Positions 17,218-26,653 of a stretch of DNA of 64,000 nucleotides are shown one piece after another. Made by a program: the position numbers and the translations under genes. The notes under the pieces were generated by a model. It did no database searches and was not told the DNA's origin. It saw only the letters and a program-made list of their open reading frames with translations. Source of the stretch: an uncultured Nocardioides sp. (GTDB lineage: Bacteria > Actinomycetota > Actinomycetes > Propionibacteriales > Nocardioidaceae); the NCBI RefSeq assembly GCF_937982615.1, contig NZ_CALJLL010000190.1, one strand, 5' to 3'. Every line of letters starts with the position of its first letter. Positions within the stretch are counted from its first letter, which is position 1.

Positions 17218-18663
17218 ATGGACGCCATCGCCAACGCCACCGTCGCGCCGGGGTCGACCCAGCAGTGGCGCGATCCCAAGCGGTACCTGTGGCTGATCGG
17301 GCTCGTCGTACCCAGCCTGTTCTTCATCGGGTACGTCGGCTGGCTGGCCACCGGCTGGCCGGGGCTGTTCTGGATCGGCCCGGTCGTCATCCTCGTCATC
17401 GTGCCGGCCATCGACCTGGTCGCCGGTCTCGATCGGTCCAACCCGCCTGACGACGTGATCGAAGCGCTGGAGCGGGACCGCTACTACCGGTGGATCACCT
17501 ACCTCTTCCTGCCGATCCAGTACGTCGGCTTCGTCGCGGCGATGTACCTCGTGGCCCGCGGCGACCCGCTCGGGATCGGCGGCGAGATCCCGCTCTGGGC
17601 GAAGATCGGCCTCGCGGTCTCGATCGGCTGCATCGGCGGCATCGGCATCAACACCGCCCACGAGCTCGGGCACAAGAAGGAGAGCCACGAGCGCTGGCTG
17701 TCCAAGATCGCGCTCGCCCAGAGCTGCTACGGCCACTTCTATATCGAGCACAACCGCGGACACCACGTCCGCGTAGCGACACCCGAGGACCCGGCGAGCA
17801 GCCGCGTCGGCGAGAGCTTCTACCAGTTCTGGCCGCGCACCGTCCTCGGCTCACTCAAGAGCGCGTGGCGCTTGGAGCGGCGCCGCTACGCCCGTAGGAA
17901 GCAGCACCCGTTCCGGCTCAGCAACGACGTGCTCAACGCTTGGCTGATGTCAGTGGTCCTCTGGGGCGCGCTGGTCGCATGGCTCGGCGTCGGGATCGTG
18001 CCGTACCTCCTCATCCAGGCGGTCGTCGGCTTCTCCCTGCTCGAGGTCGTCAACTACATGGAGCACTACGGCATGCTCCGCCAGCAGGTGGGCGTAGGCG
18101 AGCGGCAGCGCTACGAGCGGGTCGACCCCTCGCACTCGTGGAACTCCAACAACATCGCCACCAACGTGCTCCTCTACCACCTGCAGCGACACAGCGACCA
18201 TCACGCGAACCCGACCCGCCGCTACCAGACCCTGCGCGACTACCAGGAGTCGCCGGTGCTGCCGACCGGGTACGCCGGGATGATCGTGCTCGCCATCGTG
18301 CCCGCGATCTGGCGCCGGGTCATGGACCCCCTCGTGCTCGCCCACGTCGACGGCGACCTGTCGCGGGCGAACCTCTCACCGCGCAAGCGCGATCGGCTCC
18401 TGGCGGCCTACCCGCCACCATCGGCGGTCGAGCCTGTCGAGACCACCCGTCCTGGCCTCCCCGCCGTGACCGACGACGTCCTCGCGGCGCGCTGCCCCGG
18501 CTGCGGCTACACCTACGACGTGGTCACGGGTGACGAGCGCGAAGGCTTCGCGGCCGGTACGCCGTGGGCAGACGTCCCGGACGGCTGGTGCTGTCCCGAC
18601 TGCGGCGTCCGGGAGAAGGTCGACTTCGTCCCGCTGGACAGGTCACTGACGACCGGGTCCTAG
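17218..18663 (+). CDS. alkB: Alkane 1-monooxygenase fused to a C-terminal rubredoxin
   Basis: Track ORF of 481 aa. The histidine boxes are HELGHKK, EHNRGHH and LQRHSDHH, plus NYMEHYG. The C-terminus reads CPGCGYTYD...WCCPDCG, a rubredoxin CxxC...CxxC motif. Confidence 0.9.
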   Translation: MDAIANATVAPGSTQQWRDPKRYLWLIGLVVPSLFFIGYVGWLATGWPGLFWIGPVVILVIVPAIDLVAGLDRSNPPDDVIEALERDRYYRWITYLFLPIQYVGFVAAMYLVARGDPLGIGGEIPLWAKIGLAVSIGCIGGIGINTAHELGHKKESHERWLSKIALAQSCYGHFYIEHNRGHHVRVATPEDPASSRVGESFYQFWPRTVLGSLKSAWRLERRRYARRKQHPFRLSNDVLNAWLMSVVLWGALVAWLGVGIVPYLLIQAVVGFSLLEVVNYMEHYGMLRQQVGVGERQRYERVDPSHSWNSNNIATNVLLYHLQRHSDHHANPTRRYQTLRDYQESPVLPTGYAGMIVLAIVPAIWRRVMDPLVLAHVDGDLSRANLSPRKRDRLLAAYPPPSAVEPVETTRPGLPAVTDDVLAARCPGCGYTYDVVTGDEREGFAAGTPWADVPDGWCCPDCGVREKVDFVPLDRSLTTGS

Positions 18664-18686
18664 TAGAGCATCGCGCTACTAGGGTC

Positions 18687-19274
18687 ATGACCGTGACCGC
18701 GCCCCCGCTCGCCATGCGCGAGCGGGTCCTCGAGGCCGCGGTCACGCTCACCACCGACGACGGCTGGGCCCACGTGACCATGGCCCGGCTGGCGGAGGTC
18801 GTGGGGGTCAGCCGGCAGACCGTCTACAACGAGGTCGGCTCCAAGCCAGCGCTCGCCGAGGCGATGATCCTGCGCGAACTGGACCGCTTCCTCGGACTGG
18901 TCACGGTGGCCTTCGACGCCCACCCGACCGAACTGGTCGAGGCGATCCGGGCCGCGTCGCGCGCCGTACTCGAAGCCTCGCAGGACAACCAGCTGCTGCG
19001 CGCGATCGTCTCGGCCACCCATGGCGCCGACACCGAACTGCTTCCGCTCCTGACCACCCACGCGGGCACGCTGCTGTCGACCGCCAAGGCCGTCGTGGTC
19101 GAGCGGGTGGCGCCGTACGACGTGGGCCTCGCGCCCGCCCAGCTCGACGCCGCCATCGACATGGTGGTCCGGGTGGTGCTCAGCCATGTCATGCAGCCCT
19201 CAGCCGCCCCGGACCGTACGGCGGACGACATCGCCTGGGTCTCGGCCCGGGTGCTGCGCGCGCACGGCGCGTAG
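18687..19274 (+). CDS. TetR-family transcriptional regulator (AlkX/AlkU-like position downstream of alkB)
   Basis: Track ORF 18564..19274, trimmed to MTVTAPPLAMRERVLEAAV. The HTH reads VTMARLAEVVGVSRQTVYNEVGSK. Confidence 0.85.
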   Translation: MTVTAPPLAMRERVLEAAVTLTTDDGWAHVTMARLAEVVGVSRQTVYNEVGSKPALAEAMILRELDRFLGLVTVAFDAHPTELVEAIRAASRAVLEASQDNQLLRAIVSATHGADTELLPLLTTHAGTLLSTAKAVVVERVAPYDVGLAPAQLDAAIDMVVRVVLSHVMQPSAAPDRTADDIAWVSARVLRAHGA

Positions 19275-19324
19275 AGCGCCACCTCGTCGGTCGAGCCTGT
19301 CGTCCGGAGCCCGGCCCACGGTCG

Positions 19325-20086
19325 TCAGGACCAGGTAATCGCGGTCAGCCGCCGCCAGTCCTCCGGAGGATCGGTGCGGTTCCACAGCCTCACGTAGAGC
19401 TCGACGGCGCCGCCGGTCAGCTCCCAATCCGGCTCGTCCGAGAGTAGGTCGGCCGCGGTGCGTCGCGTCGTCACGGCAGGGCGCGGCCCCATCGAGACCT
19501 CCCACCAATCCGGCAGGTCGACCGGGCGGACGACCAGCACCGCCTCCTCCTCGCAGCGCAACCGCGACCGTGGGCGGGTCAGGAATCCGGCCAACAGCTC
19601 GTCGATCCCGTCGCCGGCCAGCTCGGCATCGATCCAGACCTCGTCGGGTCGCGGCGGCCGGCCGAGCGCGGCCGCCAGGGCGTCCACCGCATGCATGCTC
19701 GTCTCGTGACACTGGCGCCGCGCCCAGAAGTCGCGAGGCGGCGGGGCGTCGTTGAGGAAGACGAACGTCTCGAGGTCCTCGGGAGCCGCGGCCAAGGAAC
19801 CGTGCAGCTCCTCGGCGCCCTCGGCCAGCCAGGCCAGCGGATCGCCAGCCGATCGTCCCTGCGCGGCGTACCCCTCGACGGTCTCGTCGTCGGGGCGCAC
19901 GCCGCGGACCAGTGCGCAGGCCCACCGGTGGACCATCCCCTGGTGCGCGATCAGGTCGAGCACGGTCCAGTCAGGGCAGGTCGGCACCGGAGCATCGAGG
20001 CCAGCCCGCCGCGCATGCGCGAGGAACGCGTGCATCGCCTCCTGGAGCCCGTCGAGGTGGCGGGCGATGGTCAGCTGGGTCGGCAC
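19325..20086 (-). CDS. Maleylpyruvate isomerase-family (DinB-like, mycothiol-dependent) protein
   Basis: This is the C-terminal 253 aa of track ORF 19325..20692, starting at GTG 20086 ([14 protein letters not shown]). It contains the motif [14 protein letters not shown]. Confidence 0.65.
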   Translation of the reverse strand: MPTQLTIARHLDGLQEAMHAFLAHARRAGLDAPVPTCPDWTVLDLIAHQGMVHRWACALVRGVRPDDETVEGYAAQGRSAGDPLAWLAEGAEELHGSLAAAPEDLETFVFLNDAPPPRDFWARRQCHETSMHAVDALAAALGRPPRPDEVWIDAELAGDGIDELLAGFLTRPRSRLRCEEEAVLVVRPVDLPDWWEVSMGPRPAVTTRRTAADLLSDEPDWELTGGAVELYVRLWNRTDPPEDWRRLTAITWS

Positions 20087-20146
20087 GGGTGGAGTCTGAC
20101 CCCGGGCCCCCCTCGGAGGCGACCGAGTTTTGGTTACCGTGGGCAG

Positions 20147-20899
20147 GTGGCGGACATCCCCTTCGGCATCGACTTCGGCGGCACCGGCATCAAAGGCGCG
20201 CCGGTCGACCTCACGGCGGGCGAGTTCGCCGCCGAGCGCGAGCGGATCAAGACGCCGTCGCCGGCGACCCCCGAGGCGGTCGCGGAGGTCTTCGTCGACC
20301 TGCTCGGCCGGTTCCCCGACTCCACCGGTCCGGTCGGGGTGACGGTGCCCGGGGTGGTGCGCCACGGTGTCGTGCACTCCGCGGCGAACATCGACGAGTC
20401 CTGGGTCGGCACCGACGCCGACCGGCTGTTCACCGACGCCACCGGCCGCGACGTCCATGTGGTCAACGACGCCGACGCCGCGGGCCTGGCCGAGGTGCGA
20501 TACGGCGCCGCGAAGGGCCGCGGCGGACTCGTCATCGTGACCACCCTCGGCACCGGAATCGGCTCGGCACTGGTCTACGACGGCGTCCTGGTCCCCAACT
20601 CCGAACTCGGCCATCTCGAGATCGACGGTCACGACGCCGAGTCCCGGGCCGCCAACAGCGCTCGGGAGCGCGAAGGGCTGTCGATGAAGCACTGGGCCAA
20701 GCGGCTCACGACCTACTACCGCACGCTCGAGATGCTCTTCTCCCCCGAGCTGTTCGTGGTGGGCGGCGGCATCAGCAAGCAGTCCGAGGAGTTCTTGCCG
20801 CTGGTCGAGATCGACACCGAGATCGTCCCCGCCACCCTGCTCAACAAGGCCGGCGTCGTCGGCGCCGCCCTGTGCGTGGTCGAGGAGCTCGACGAGTAG
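20147..20899 (+). CDS. ppgK: Polyphosphate/ATP glucokinase (ROK family)
   Basis: Part of track ORF 19691..20899, with a GTG start at [18 protein letters not shown]. It carries [22 protein letters not shown] and ELGHLEIDG. Confidence 0.85.
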   Translation: MADIPFGIDFGGTGIKGAPVDLTAGEFAAERERIKTPSPATPEAVAEVFVDLLGRFPDSTGPVGVTVPGVVRHGVVHSAANIDESWVGTDADRLFTDATGRDVHVVNDADAAGLAEVRYGAAKGRGGLVIVTTLGTGIGSALVYDGVLVPNSELGHLEIDGHDAESRAANSAREREGLSMKHWAKRLTTYYRTLEMLFSPELFVVGGGISKQSEEFLPLVEIDTEIVPATLLNKAGVVGAALCVVEELDE

Positions 20900-21050
20900 T
20901 TGATGGCGCTCCGAGGAACGAGGACCGGTGCGACGGAGCGTGTCGAGACCTCCGCAGGGAAGGCACCCCGGGTGAGTCCCAGCCCCGGGTTACGAGGTTT
21001 CGACACCGAACGCGCCAGCGTGCCTGCGGGCTCAACCACCGGCGGGTGGC

Positions 21051-22172
21051 TCAGCGAAACACCAGGTCCTGCTGGGCGTCGAACTCACTGCCCGGCACCG
21101 GGCCCAGACCGAGCACGTCGGTGGCGAGGTTCGCGACGTCGGCGTTGCGGATCGGCTGCGCTCCGCCGTACGACGGCTGCTCGTCGCCCGGGTTGGCATA
21201 GTCGGGGTTGAGGTCGTAGAGGTCGGTCGACTCGATGCCGCGACCCCAGACCACGAACGGGATCGTGTAGTTGGCGGCGTTGTCGGCCGCGTCGTGCTGC
21301 TTCTCACCGGCCGGTCCGCCGTGGTCGGCGGTCAGGATGACGACCAGTCGCTTCGAGAGCCGCGGCGTCGAATCCACGGCGTCGAGGATCTCGCCGAGCA
21401 GCTGGTCGGTGTCCTGGACGGCGACGAGGTACGCCGGCGAGAGCCACCCGGTCGCGTGGCCCAGGACGTCGGGGAGCTCGATGTGCAGGAACGTGAAGCG
21501 GCGCTTGTCGGCCGTCAGGGAGGCGATCGTGTCGTCGACCAGCGCTCCCGCGTTCCCGTCGATCTCGAACTCGTCGATCGAGTCCGGCCAGGACCGCTCG
21601 AACGTCGCGAACTTGGTCTTGCCGGCGAACAGCGCCGTGGTGCCGCCAGCGTCGTGCACGACGTCGAAGACCGACTCGACGCCGTCGCCGTCTGGCCCCG
21701 GCACGGTGCTTCCCGGGATCTCGTCGTTCCAGGTGACGCCGTGGCCGCCCTGGTCAGGGTCGATCCGGCGACCGGTGAGCATCCCGGTGTGGTTGGGCAG
21801 CGTCACGGTCTGCTCGACCGCGGTGCGCGCGTTCAGAGTCACCGCGCCCTCCTGGAGGAGCCGGGTGAACGCCGGGATCCGGTCCGGCGCGAGCTCATCG
21901 AAGGCCCGCGGCGTGAGCCCGTCGACAGAGATCGCGAGTACGTCGCGCACCCGGTGCGCCTTGGGCCGCGACGGCGGGGCCGAGGTCGGCGCTGCCGGCT
22001 CCGGGGCGCTGGTGTCGGGTGCGGGCGGCGCCGACGACGACTCGGGCGCGACCGGTGCCGTCGCCGACGACGGCGCCGCCGGAGTCGACTCGCTCGCCGG
22101 CTCGTCACCCCCGCCGCAGCCGGCCAGGACGAGCGCCGCCGCGCACGCGAACGCGGCGAGTGGTCGCCGCAT
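21051..22172 (-). CDS. Alkaline-phosphatase-superfamily lipoprotein (nucleotide pyrophosphatase/phosphodiesterase-like)
   Basis: Track ORF of 373 aa. A lipobox LVLAGC is followed by a Pro/Ser/Ala linker. ISVDGLTP, LPNHTGMLTG and ILTADHGG are present. Confidence 0.75.
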   Translation of the reverse strand: MRRPLAAFACAAALVLAGCGGGDEPASESTPAAPSSATAPVAPESSSAPPAPDTSAPEPAAPTSAPPSRPKAHRVRDVLAISVDGLTPRAFDELAPDRIPAFTRLLQEGAVTLNARTAVEQTVTLPNHTGMLTGRRIDPDQGGHGVTWNDEIPGSTVPGPDGDGVESVFDVVHDAGGTTALFAGKTKFATFERSWPDSIDEFEIDGNAGALVDDTIASLTADKRRFTFLHIELPDVLGHATGWLSPAYLVAVQDTDQLLGEILDAVDSTPRLSKRLVVILTADHGGPAGEKQHDAADNAANYTIPFVVWGRGIESTDLYDLNPDYANPGDEQPSYGGAQPIRNADVANLATDVLGLGPVPGSEFDAQQDLVFR

Positions 22173-23560
22173 CAGGCGCCTGAGGTGGACGCGCCCCGGA
22201 TCGCGGCCGCCACCGCCTTCGGCACCGCGGCGTTGAAGACGGTGGGGATGATGAAGTTGGGGTTGAGTTCCTCGTCGCGCACCACGTGAGCGATGGCGTC
22301 CGCGGCGCGCAGCAGCATGTCGATCGTGATGTCGCTGGCGCGGGCATCGAGGAGGCCGCGGAAGACGCCCGGGAAGGCGAGCACGTTGTTGATCTGGTTG
22401 GGGTAGTCGGAGCGGCCGGAGGCGACCACAGCGGCGTACTTCTCGGCCTCGGCCGGATCAACCTCGGGGTCGGGGTTGGCGAGCGCGAAGACGACCGGGC
22501 GCTCGGCCATGTCGGCGATCCACTCGGGCTGGAGGATCCCCGGCGCGCTGACGCCGATGAAGACGTCCGCGCCGACCAGGCACTCGCGGAGGCTGCCGCT
22601 GACCGCGCGGGGGTTGGTGACCGAGGCGAGCTCGGTGTGGGCCGGCGAGAGCGACTCATCGCCCGTGCACAGCGCACCCGCGCGATCGACCACGACCACG
22701 TCGGAGACGCCGGCGGCGATCAGCAGGGTCACGATCGCCGTACCGGCGGCGCCCGCCCCCGAGACCACGACCCGGCTGCTGGTGAGCTGCTTGTCGACCA
22801 CCCGCAGCGCGTTGGTGAGTGCGGCGAGCACCACGATCGCGGTGCCGTGCTGGTCGTCGTGGAAGACCGGGATGTCGAGGCTCTCGCGCAGCCGCGCCTC
22901 GATCTCGAAGCAGCGGGGCGCGGCGATGTCCTCGAGGTTGATGCCACCGAAGCCTGGGGCGATCATCTCGACCGCCCGGACGATCTCGTCGGTGTCCTGG
23001 CTGGCCAGGCAGATCGGCCAAGCATCGATGTTGGCGAACCGCTTGAACAGTGCTGCCTTGCCCTCCATCACCGGCATGGCCGCACCCGGGCCGATGTTGC
23101 CGAGGCCGAGCACCGCCGACCCGTCGGTCACCACCGCGACGCTGTTGCCCTTGATGGTCAGACGGGACACGTCCTCCGGGTTCTCGTAGAGCGCCATGCT
23201 GACCCGGCCCACGCCCGGGGTGTAGGCCATGGACAGGTCGTCGCGGTTCTTGAGCGGGACCTTCGAGGCGACTTCGATCTTGCCGCCGATGTGCAGCAGG
23301 AAGGTCCGGTCACTGACCTTGTAGACCTCGACGCCCTCGACCGCGTCGACGGCCTCCTCCAGTCGATGACTGTGCTCGGCATCGCTCGCCGAGCAGGTCA
23401 CGTCGAGCACGAGCCGCTCGCGGGTCGAGTCGACCACATCGATGGCGGTGACCACGCCGCCCGCGGCCGAGATCGCCGTGGCGACCGCACCGACGATGCC
23501 GTGGTCGGGCGCCGTGTGCAGGCGCATCGTGATCGAGTAGGAGGAGGCGGTGACCGACAC
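22172..23560 (-). CDS. NAD(P)-dependent malic enzyme with an N-terminal ACT-like domain
   Basis: Track ORF of 462 aa with SMAYTPGVGRVS and GSAVLGLGNIGP. A Rossmann motif VVSGAGAAGTAI is present. Confidence 0.85.
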   Translation of the reverse strand: MSVTASSYSITMRLHTAPDHGIVGAVATAISAAGGVVTAIDVVDSTRERLVLDVTCSASDAEHSHRLEEAVDAVEGVEVYKVSDRTFLLHIGGKIEVASKVPLKNRDDLSMAYTPGVGRVSMALYENPEDVSRLTIKGNSVAVVTDGSAVLGLGNIGPGAAMPVMEGKAALFKRFANIDAWPICLASQDTDEIVRAVEMIAPGFGGINLEDIAAPRCFEIEARLRESLDIPVFHDDQHGTAIVVLAALTNALRVVDKQLTSSRVVVSGAGAAGTAIVTLLIAAGVSDVVVVDRAGALCTGDESLSPAHTELASVTNPRAVSGSLRECLVGADVFIGVSAPGILQPEWIADMAERPVVFALANPDPEVDPAEAEKYAAVVASGRSDYPNQINNVLAFPGVFRGLLDARASDITIDMLLRAADAIAHVVRDEELNPNFIIPTVFNAAVPKAVAAAIRGASTSGA

Positions 23561-23618
23561 GCGACAAGCCTCTCACTGCCGCCGGATCACACCGAACTTC
23601 CGCCCGTGTCAGCCAACC

Positions 23619-24104
23619 TCACCCCGACCGCTCCTCGGCACCGAGGTGCTCCAGCAACCGAGCCGAATACCGCTTCCCCATCGTGTCGATCACCCTCCGC
23701 ATCGCCGCGCGTACGGCGGGTCCGGACGCTCGAGGAAGGGGGAGGTCGAGGGCGATCTCGAGCTCGGTCACGAGCTCGGTCCCCGCCCCGTCCGCCGTCG
23801 TCGTCAGCGCGTACCAGCCGTCGACGCCGGCCCGCTCCGTCGTACCGGCCGGTGGGTCGTGGTGGAACTCGATGCGCTCGGGCTCGGTCAGGATCATCCG
23901 CTCGGTGAACGCGGGTGCCACGCTGACGCCCAGGACGTCGAGGCCGGAGAGCTCCCAACGCCAGTGGTCATCCGCCGCGGTGATCCGGGTGACGAACGGC
24001 GTGAGGCGGGCCGTCAGCTCCGGATCGACCAGCGCGTCCCAGATCTCCTGTCGAGGCGCCAGCACGACCGCTTCGGCGCGGGTGCGAGCGGAGAAAGAAG
24101 CCAT
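23619..24104 (-). CDS. SRPBCC (polyketide cyclase/dehydrase-like) family protein
   Basis: This is the C-terminal 161 aa of track ORF 23619..24983, beginning MASFSARTRAEAVVLAPRQEIWDALVDPE. Confidence 0.6.
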   Translation of the reverse strand: MASFSARTRAEAVVLAPRQEIWDALVDPELTARLTPFVTRITAADDHWRWELSGLDVLGVSVAPAFTERMILTEPERIEFHHDPPAGTTERAGVDGWYALTTTADGAGTELVTELEIALDLPLPRASGPAVRAAMRRVIDTMGKRYSARLLEHLGAEERSG

Positions 24105-24129
24105 GGCCACAGGTACCCACGCGACTCCA

Positions 24130-24174
24130 GGGCTCAGCGGGCTCAGCGGGCTCAGCGGGCTCAGCGGGCTCAGC
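24130..24174. repeat. Perfect 9-bp tandem repeat (gggctcagc) x5
   Basis: The repeat was counted directly. Its last copy contains the TGA stop (24170-24172, minus strand) of the beta-helix gene. The array ends 25 nt upstream of the SRPBCC start codon. Confidence 0.95.
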
Positions 24175-25444
24175 GGTGGTGATGCCGCTTGCGCTTCTTC
24201 TTGACCTTCCAGGTGTAGGTCACCGGAGTCGGGTCCGCGTTGCCGGTCACGTCGACGGCGGTGATGGTGATGTGGTGCCGGCCGTACCGCTTGTACTTCT
24301 TCTTGAACGGCGAGCCGCACGGCCCGGCGGGATGGCGGTCGACCTTGCACACGAACGAGCCCCACTCGGTCGAGCTGAAGCTGAACCGTCCCTTGCGCCG
24401 ATGGCTCTTCGGCTTGGGCGCGTGCGTCAGGACCGTGTCCGGCGGGGTCGTGTCGGCGTAGTACTCGTCGGCGCCGATGTCGCCGGCGCCGCCGGCCGGG
24501 CGGGCCTCGCCGTCGATGTCGGTGGTGCCGGTGTAGATGTCGGCGGTGCCGGCATTGATCGTCGGCGACGCCGGAGCCTGGTGGTAGTTCGGGTCTCGGA
24601 AGACCGGAGCCGCCGTCTGGTTCGTCCCGGTCCCGGCCGCGGTGACGAAGCCGCGAGTGCCGACCTGCGTCACGTCGTAGTTGGAGCTCACGAGGTCGAC
24701 GTCGCTGTCTGCGGTGCTCGTGTCGGTCACCGACGAGCGGACGTCGGCGGTGACGCCTGAGGCGATCACGTTGCGCGCGTCGATGTCGAGGTTGGCGCCG
24801 TTGCCACTCACGTCCGCGCGGATGCCGAACGAGCCGGCGCCGGTCGCCACGGCCGTCACGTTGCGCAACCGGAGCCGCCAGGTCTCGTTGCTCCCGGCCC
24901 ACGAGTCGTCGAGCGCGATCCCGTCGTTCGCCGAGGTGACACACAGTGAGTCGCGCACCGTGCCGCTGATCCCCGGGCTGCATGCCACCGCGCCGTTCGA
25001 GTAGACCGACACCCGTTGCACCACCACGCTCGTGGTGAACAGGTTGAGGCCGTACTGGCTGCCCGTGTGGTTGATCGTCAGGTCGGAGATCCTGACCCCG
25101 CTCGCCGACTGCGGGAACGAGATCGCCGAGGACGCACTGCTGTTGATCACCGGACGCGGCCGACCCGCCTCCCCGTGGATGTTGAGGCTGCGGTCGGTGT
25201 CGCCCAGCACCGTCGAGGTCGTGTAGACGCCCGACAGGATGGTGATGTCGTCTGCGAAGACCGCGCCGCCGATCGCCTTCTCGATGTTGCAGGCGGTCGC
25301 CACCGTGAGGCAGTTCTGCGCCGTCGTACCGGTCGGCGACGCGAAGCGCGGCCCCGCGGCGCGGGCCGGCGAGTCCAGGCCCATCGCGACGACCAAGGCG
25401 ACCGCGACCAGCGCCGGCACGACGAGGCGGCGACGGGTGCTCAC
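24170..25444 (-). CDS. Secreted right-handed beta-helix repeat protein with an Ig-like C-terminal domain and a highly basic tail
   Basis: Track ORF of 424 aa. The signal peptide ends ...GLDSPARAAG. The body is repetitive and G/T/S/N-rich. The C-terminus reads ...TAVDVTGNADPTPVTYTWKVKKKRKRHHHR. Confidence 0.6.
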   Translation of the reverse strand: MSTRRRLVVPALVAVALVVAMGLDSPARAAGPRFASPTGTTAQNCLTVATACNIEKAIGGAVFADDITILSGVYTTSTVLGDTDRSLNIHGEAGRPRPVINSSASSAISFPQSASGVRISDLTINHTGSQYGLNLFTTSVVVQRVSVYSNGAVACSPGISGTVRDSLCVTSANDGIALDDSWAGSNETWRLRLRNVTAVATGAGSFGIRADVSGNGANLDIDARNVIASGVTADVRSSVTDTSTADSDVDLVSSNYDVTQVGTRGFVTAAGTGTNQTAAPVFRDPNYHQAPASPTINAGTADIYTGTTDIDGEARPAGGAGDIGADEYYADTTPPDTVLTHAPKPKSHRRKGRFSFSSTEWGSFVCKVDRHPAGPCGSPFKKKYKRYGRHHITITAVDVTGNADPTPVTYTWKVKKKRKRHHHR

Positions 25445-25509
25445 GAGCCGAGGGTAGAGGCTGGCAGGCCCCTCAAAGGGCCCATTCGTGCAGATGCTCG
25501 GGGTGTCTC

Positions 25510-26130
25510 CTACTCGTCAAGTCCGTCCCACGGGAGGCCCCAGCGGGCACCGTGGGCGACCGCCGCGAGGGGACGTCGGCGACGCGGCCGGTGCTCGCGG
25601 TCGCGGTCCCGCTCGGCTACGTCCGCGGGGTTGCCCGGCACGCCGACCGCGATGCCGGCCATCAGCTTGTAGTGCGCGGGCACGCCCAGCTCCTCGGCGA
25701 CCGCGGCCTTGTCGAAGCCGGCGAACTGGTGTGCGTGCAGACCCATCGCACGCGCCTGCAGGGACAGGTGCGCTGCAGCCTGACCGGTGTCGTACTCGGC
25801 ATGGAACGGCTTGTAGCCACCCTCGCCGTTCTCGTCCGGCGCGACCTGGGCGCCGATGACGAGCACCACCGACGCTCGCGGCACCCAGCCGGAGTTGCCC
25901 CGCGACAGGTGCCGGACCAGAACCTGGTGGCTCGCACTGCCCCGTACGGCGACGACGAACGCCGCCGGCTGGGCGTTGCCACAACTCGGCGCCCACTGCG
26001 CCGCCAGCAACAGCAGCCGGACCTGTTCGGTGGTGATCACGTGCGTGTCGTCGAAGATGCTCGGGCTCCAGCGCGATCGCATCGGCTCGGCCAGCAGAGC
26101 CTGCTCGCCCTCGGGCGCCCGGTCGGTCAT
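25510..26130 (-). CDS. Nitroreductase-family protein
   Basis: This is the C-terminal 206 aa of track ORF 25510..26598, beginning MTDRAPEGEQ. It contains RSRWSPSIF and AAQWAPSCGNAQP. Confidence 0.7.
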   Translation of the reverse strand: MTDRAPEGEQALLAEPMRSRWSPSIFDDTHVITTEQVRLLLLAAQWAPSCGNAQPAAFVVAVRGSASHQVLVRHLSRGNSGWVPRASVVLVIGAQVAPDENGEGGYKPFHAEYDTGQAAAHLSLQARAMGLHAHQFAGFDKAAVAEELGVPAHYKLMAGIAVGVPGNPADVAERDRDREHRPRRRRPLAAVAHGARWGLPWDGLDE

Positions 26131-26268
26131 GCGGCCGAGTGTGGCACCCGCGGTCTGGCCGGCGGCCATGAGCGATATCACGTAGCCGCCGATGCGCGGC
26201 CACGTCGCGCGATCCGAGACGATGGCCAGGTGAGCGATCCCACGCCACCGCGCCGGCCTCGGCACCTG

Positions 26269-26583
26269 ATGGACCCGGCCAATCCGGTGCGCCCGGTCAA
26301 CGATCACAACTTGACCCAGGTGCAGCGCTGGGTGGTCTCGGTCCTGGCAGTCACGACGATCCTCCACCTGTCGGTCGGATTGGTGATCGGGGCGCTGTTC
26401 CTCGACGTGGACGCCGTCGTCTCCCGTGTGGGGGTGAGCATCATCGGCGGGCTGTTCGGGGTCGTGGCCGTGGGCGTCGGGCTGCTGATCCACCAGAAGC
26501 CGATCTTGTCGTGGTGGCTGCTTCTCGGCCTGGTGCCCGGTGCGGTCGGCGTCGTGCTGGCACTCCAGGGCGTGCAGTTCTAG
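26269..26583 (+). CDS. Small hypothetical membrane protein (about 3 TM helices)
   Basis: This is the last 104 aa of track ORF 25552..26583, beginning MDPANPVRPVN. It has hydrophobic segments and GC3-rich codons. Confidence 0.45.
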   Translation: MDPANPVRPVNDHNLTQVQRWVVSVLAVTTILHLSVGLVIGALFLDVDAVVSRVGVSIIGGLFGVVAVGVGLLIHQKPILSWWLLLGLVPGAVGVVLALQGVQF

Positions 26584-26620
26584 CCATCTCAACGTCATCT
26601 CAACGTCAGGGTCATTCGGG

Positions 26621-26647
26621 TTGACTGACCATTACGGCGGCTAGGCT
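26621..26647 (+). promoter_or_regulatory. Candidate promoter for the MATE gene (TTGACT, 15 nt, TAGGCT) that would give a leaderless or near-leaderless mRNA
   Basis: TTGACT lies at 26621-26626 and TAGGCT at 26642-26647, with the ATG at 26654. The spacer is shorter than the ideal 17 nt. A tandem 11-mer pair (catctcaacgt x2, 26585-26606) lies just upstream. Confidence 0.3.
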
Positions 26648-26653
26648 GGCCCG

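Noticed and set aside
20900-21211. A 103-aa ORF in the ppgK/phosphatase convergent gap
   Set aside because: Its codon bias is mixed and it overlaps the 3' end of the phosphatase gene on the opposite strand. It has no motifs. The gap more probably holds terminators, such as the ccacc-ggcg-ggtgg hairpin near 21036-21049.
24130-24174. Possible CRISPR array
   Set aside because: The units are 9 bp long, contiguous and without spacers, and no cas genes are nearby. This is a simple tandem repeat.
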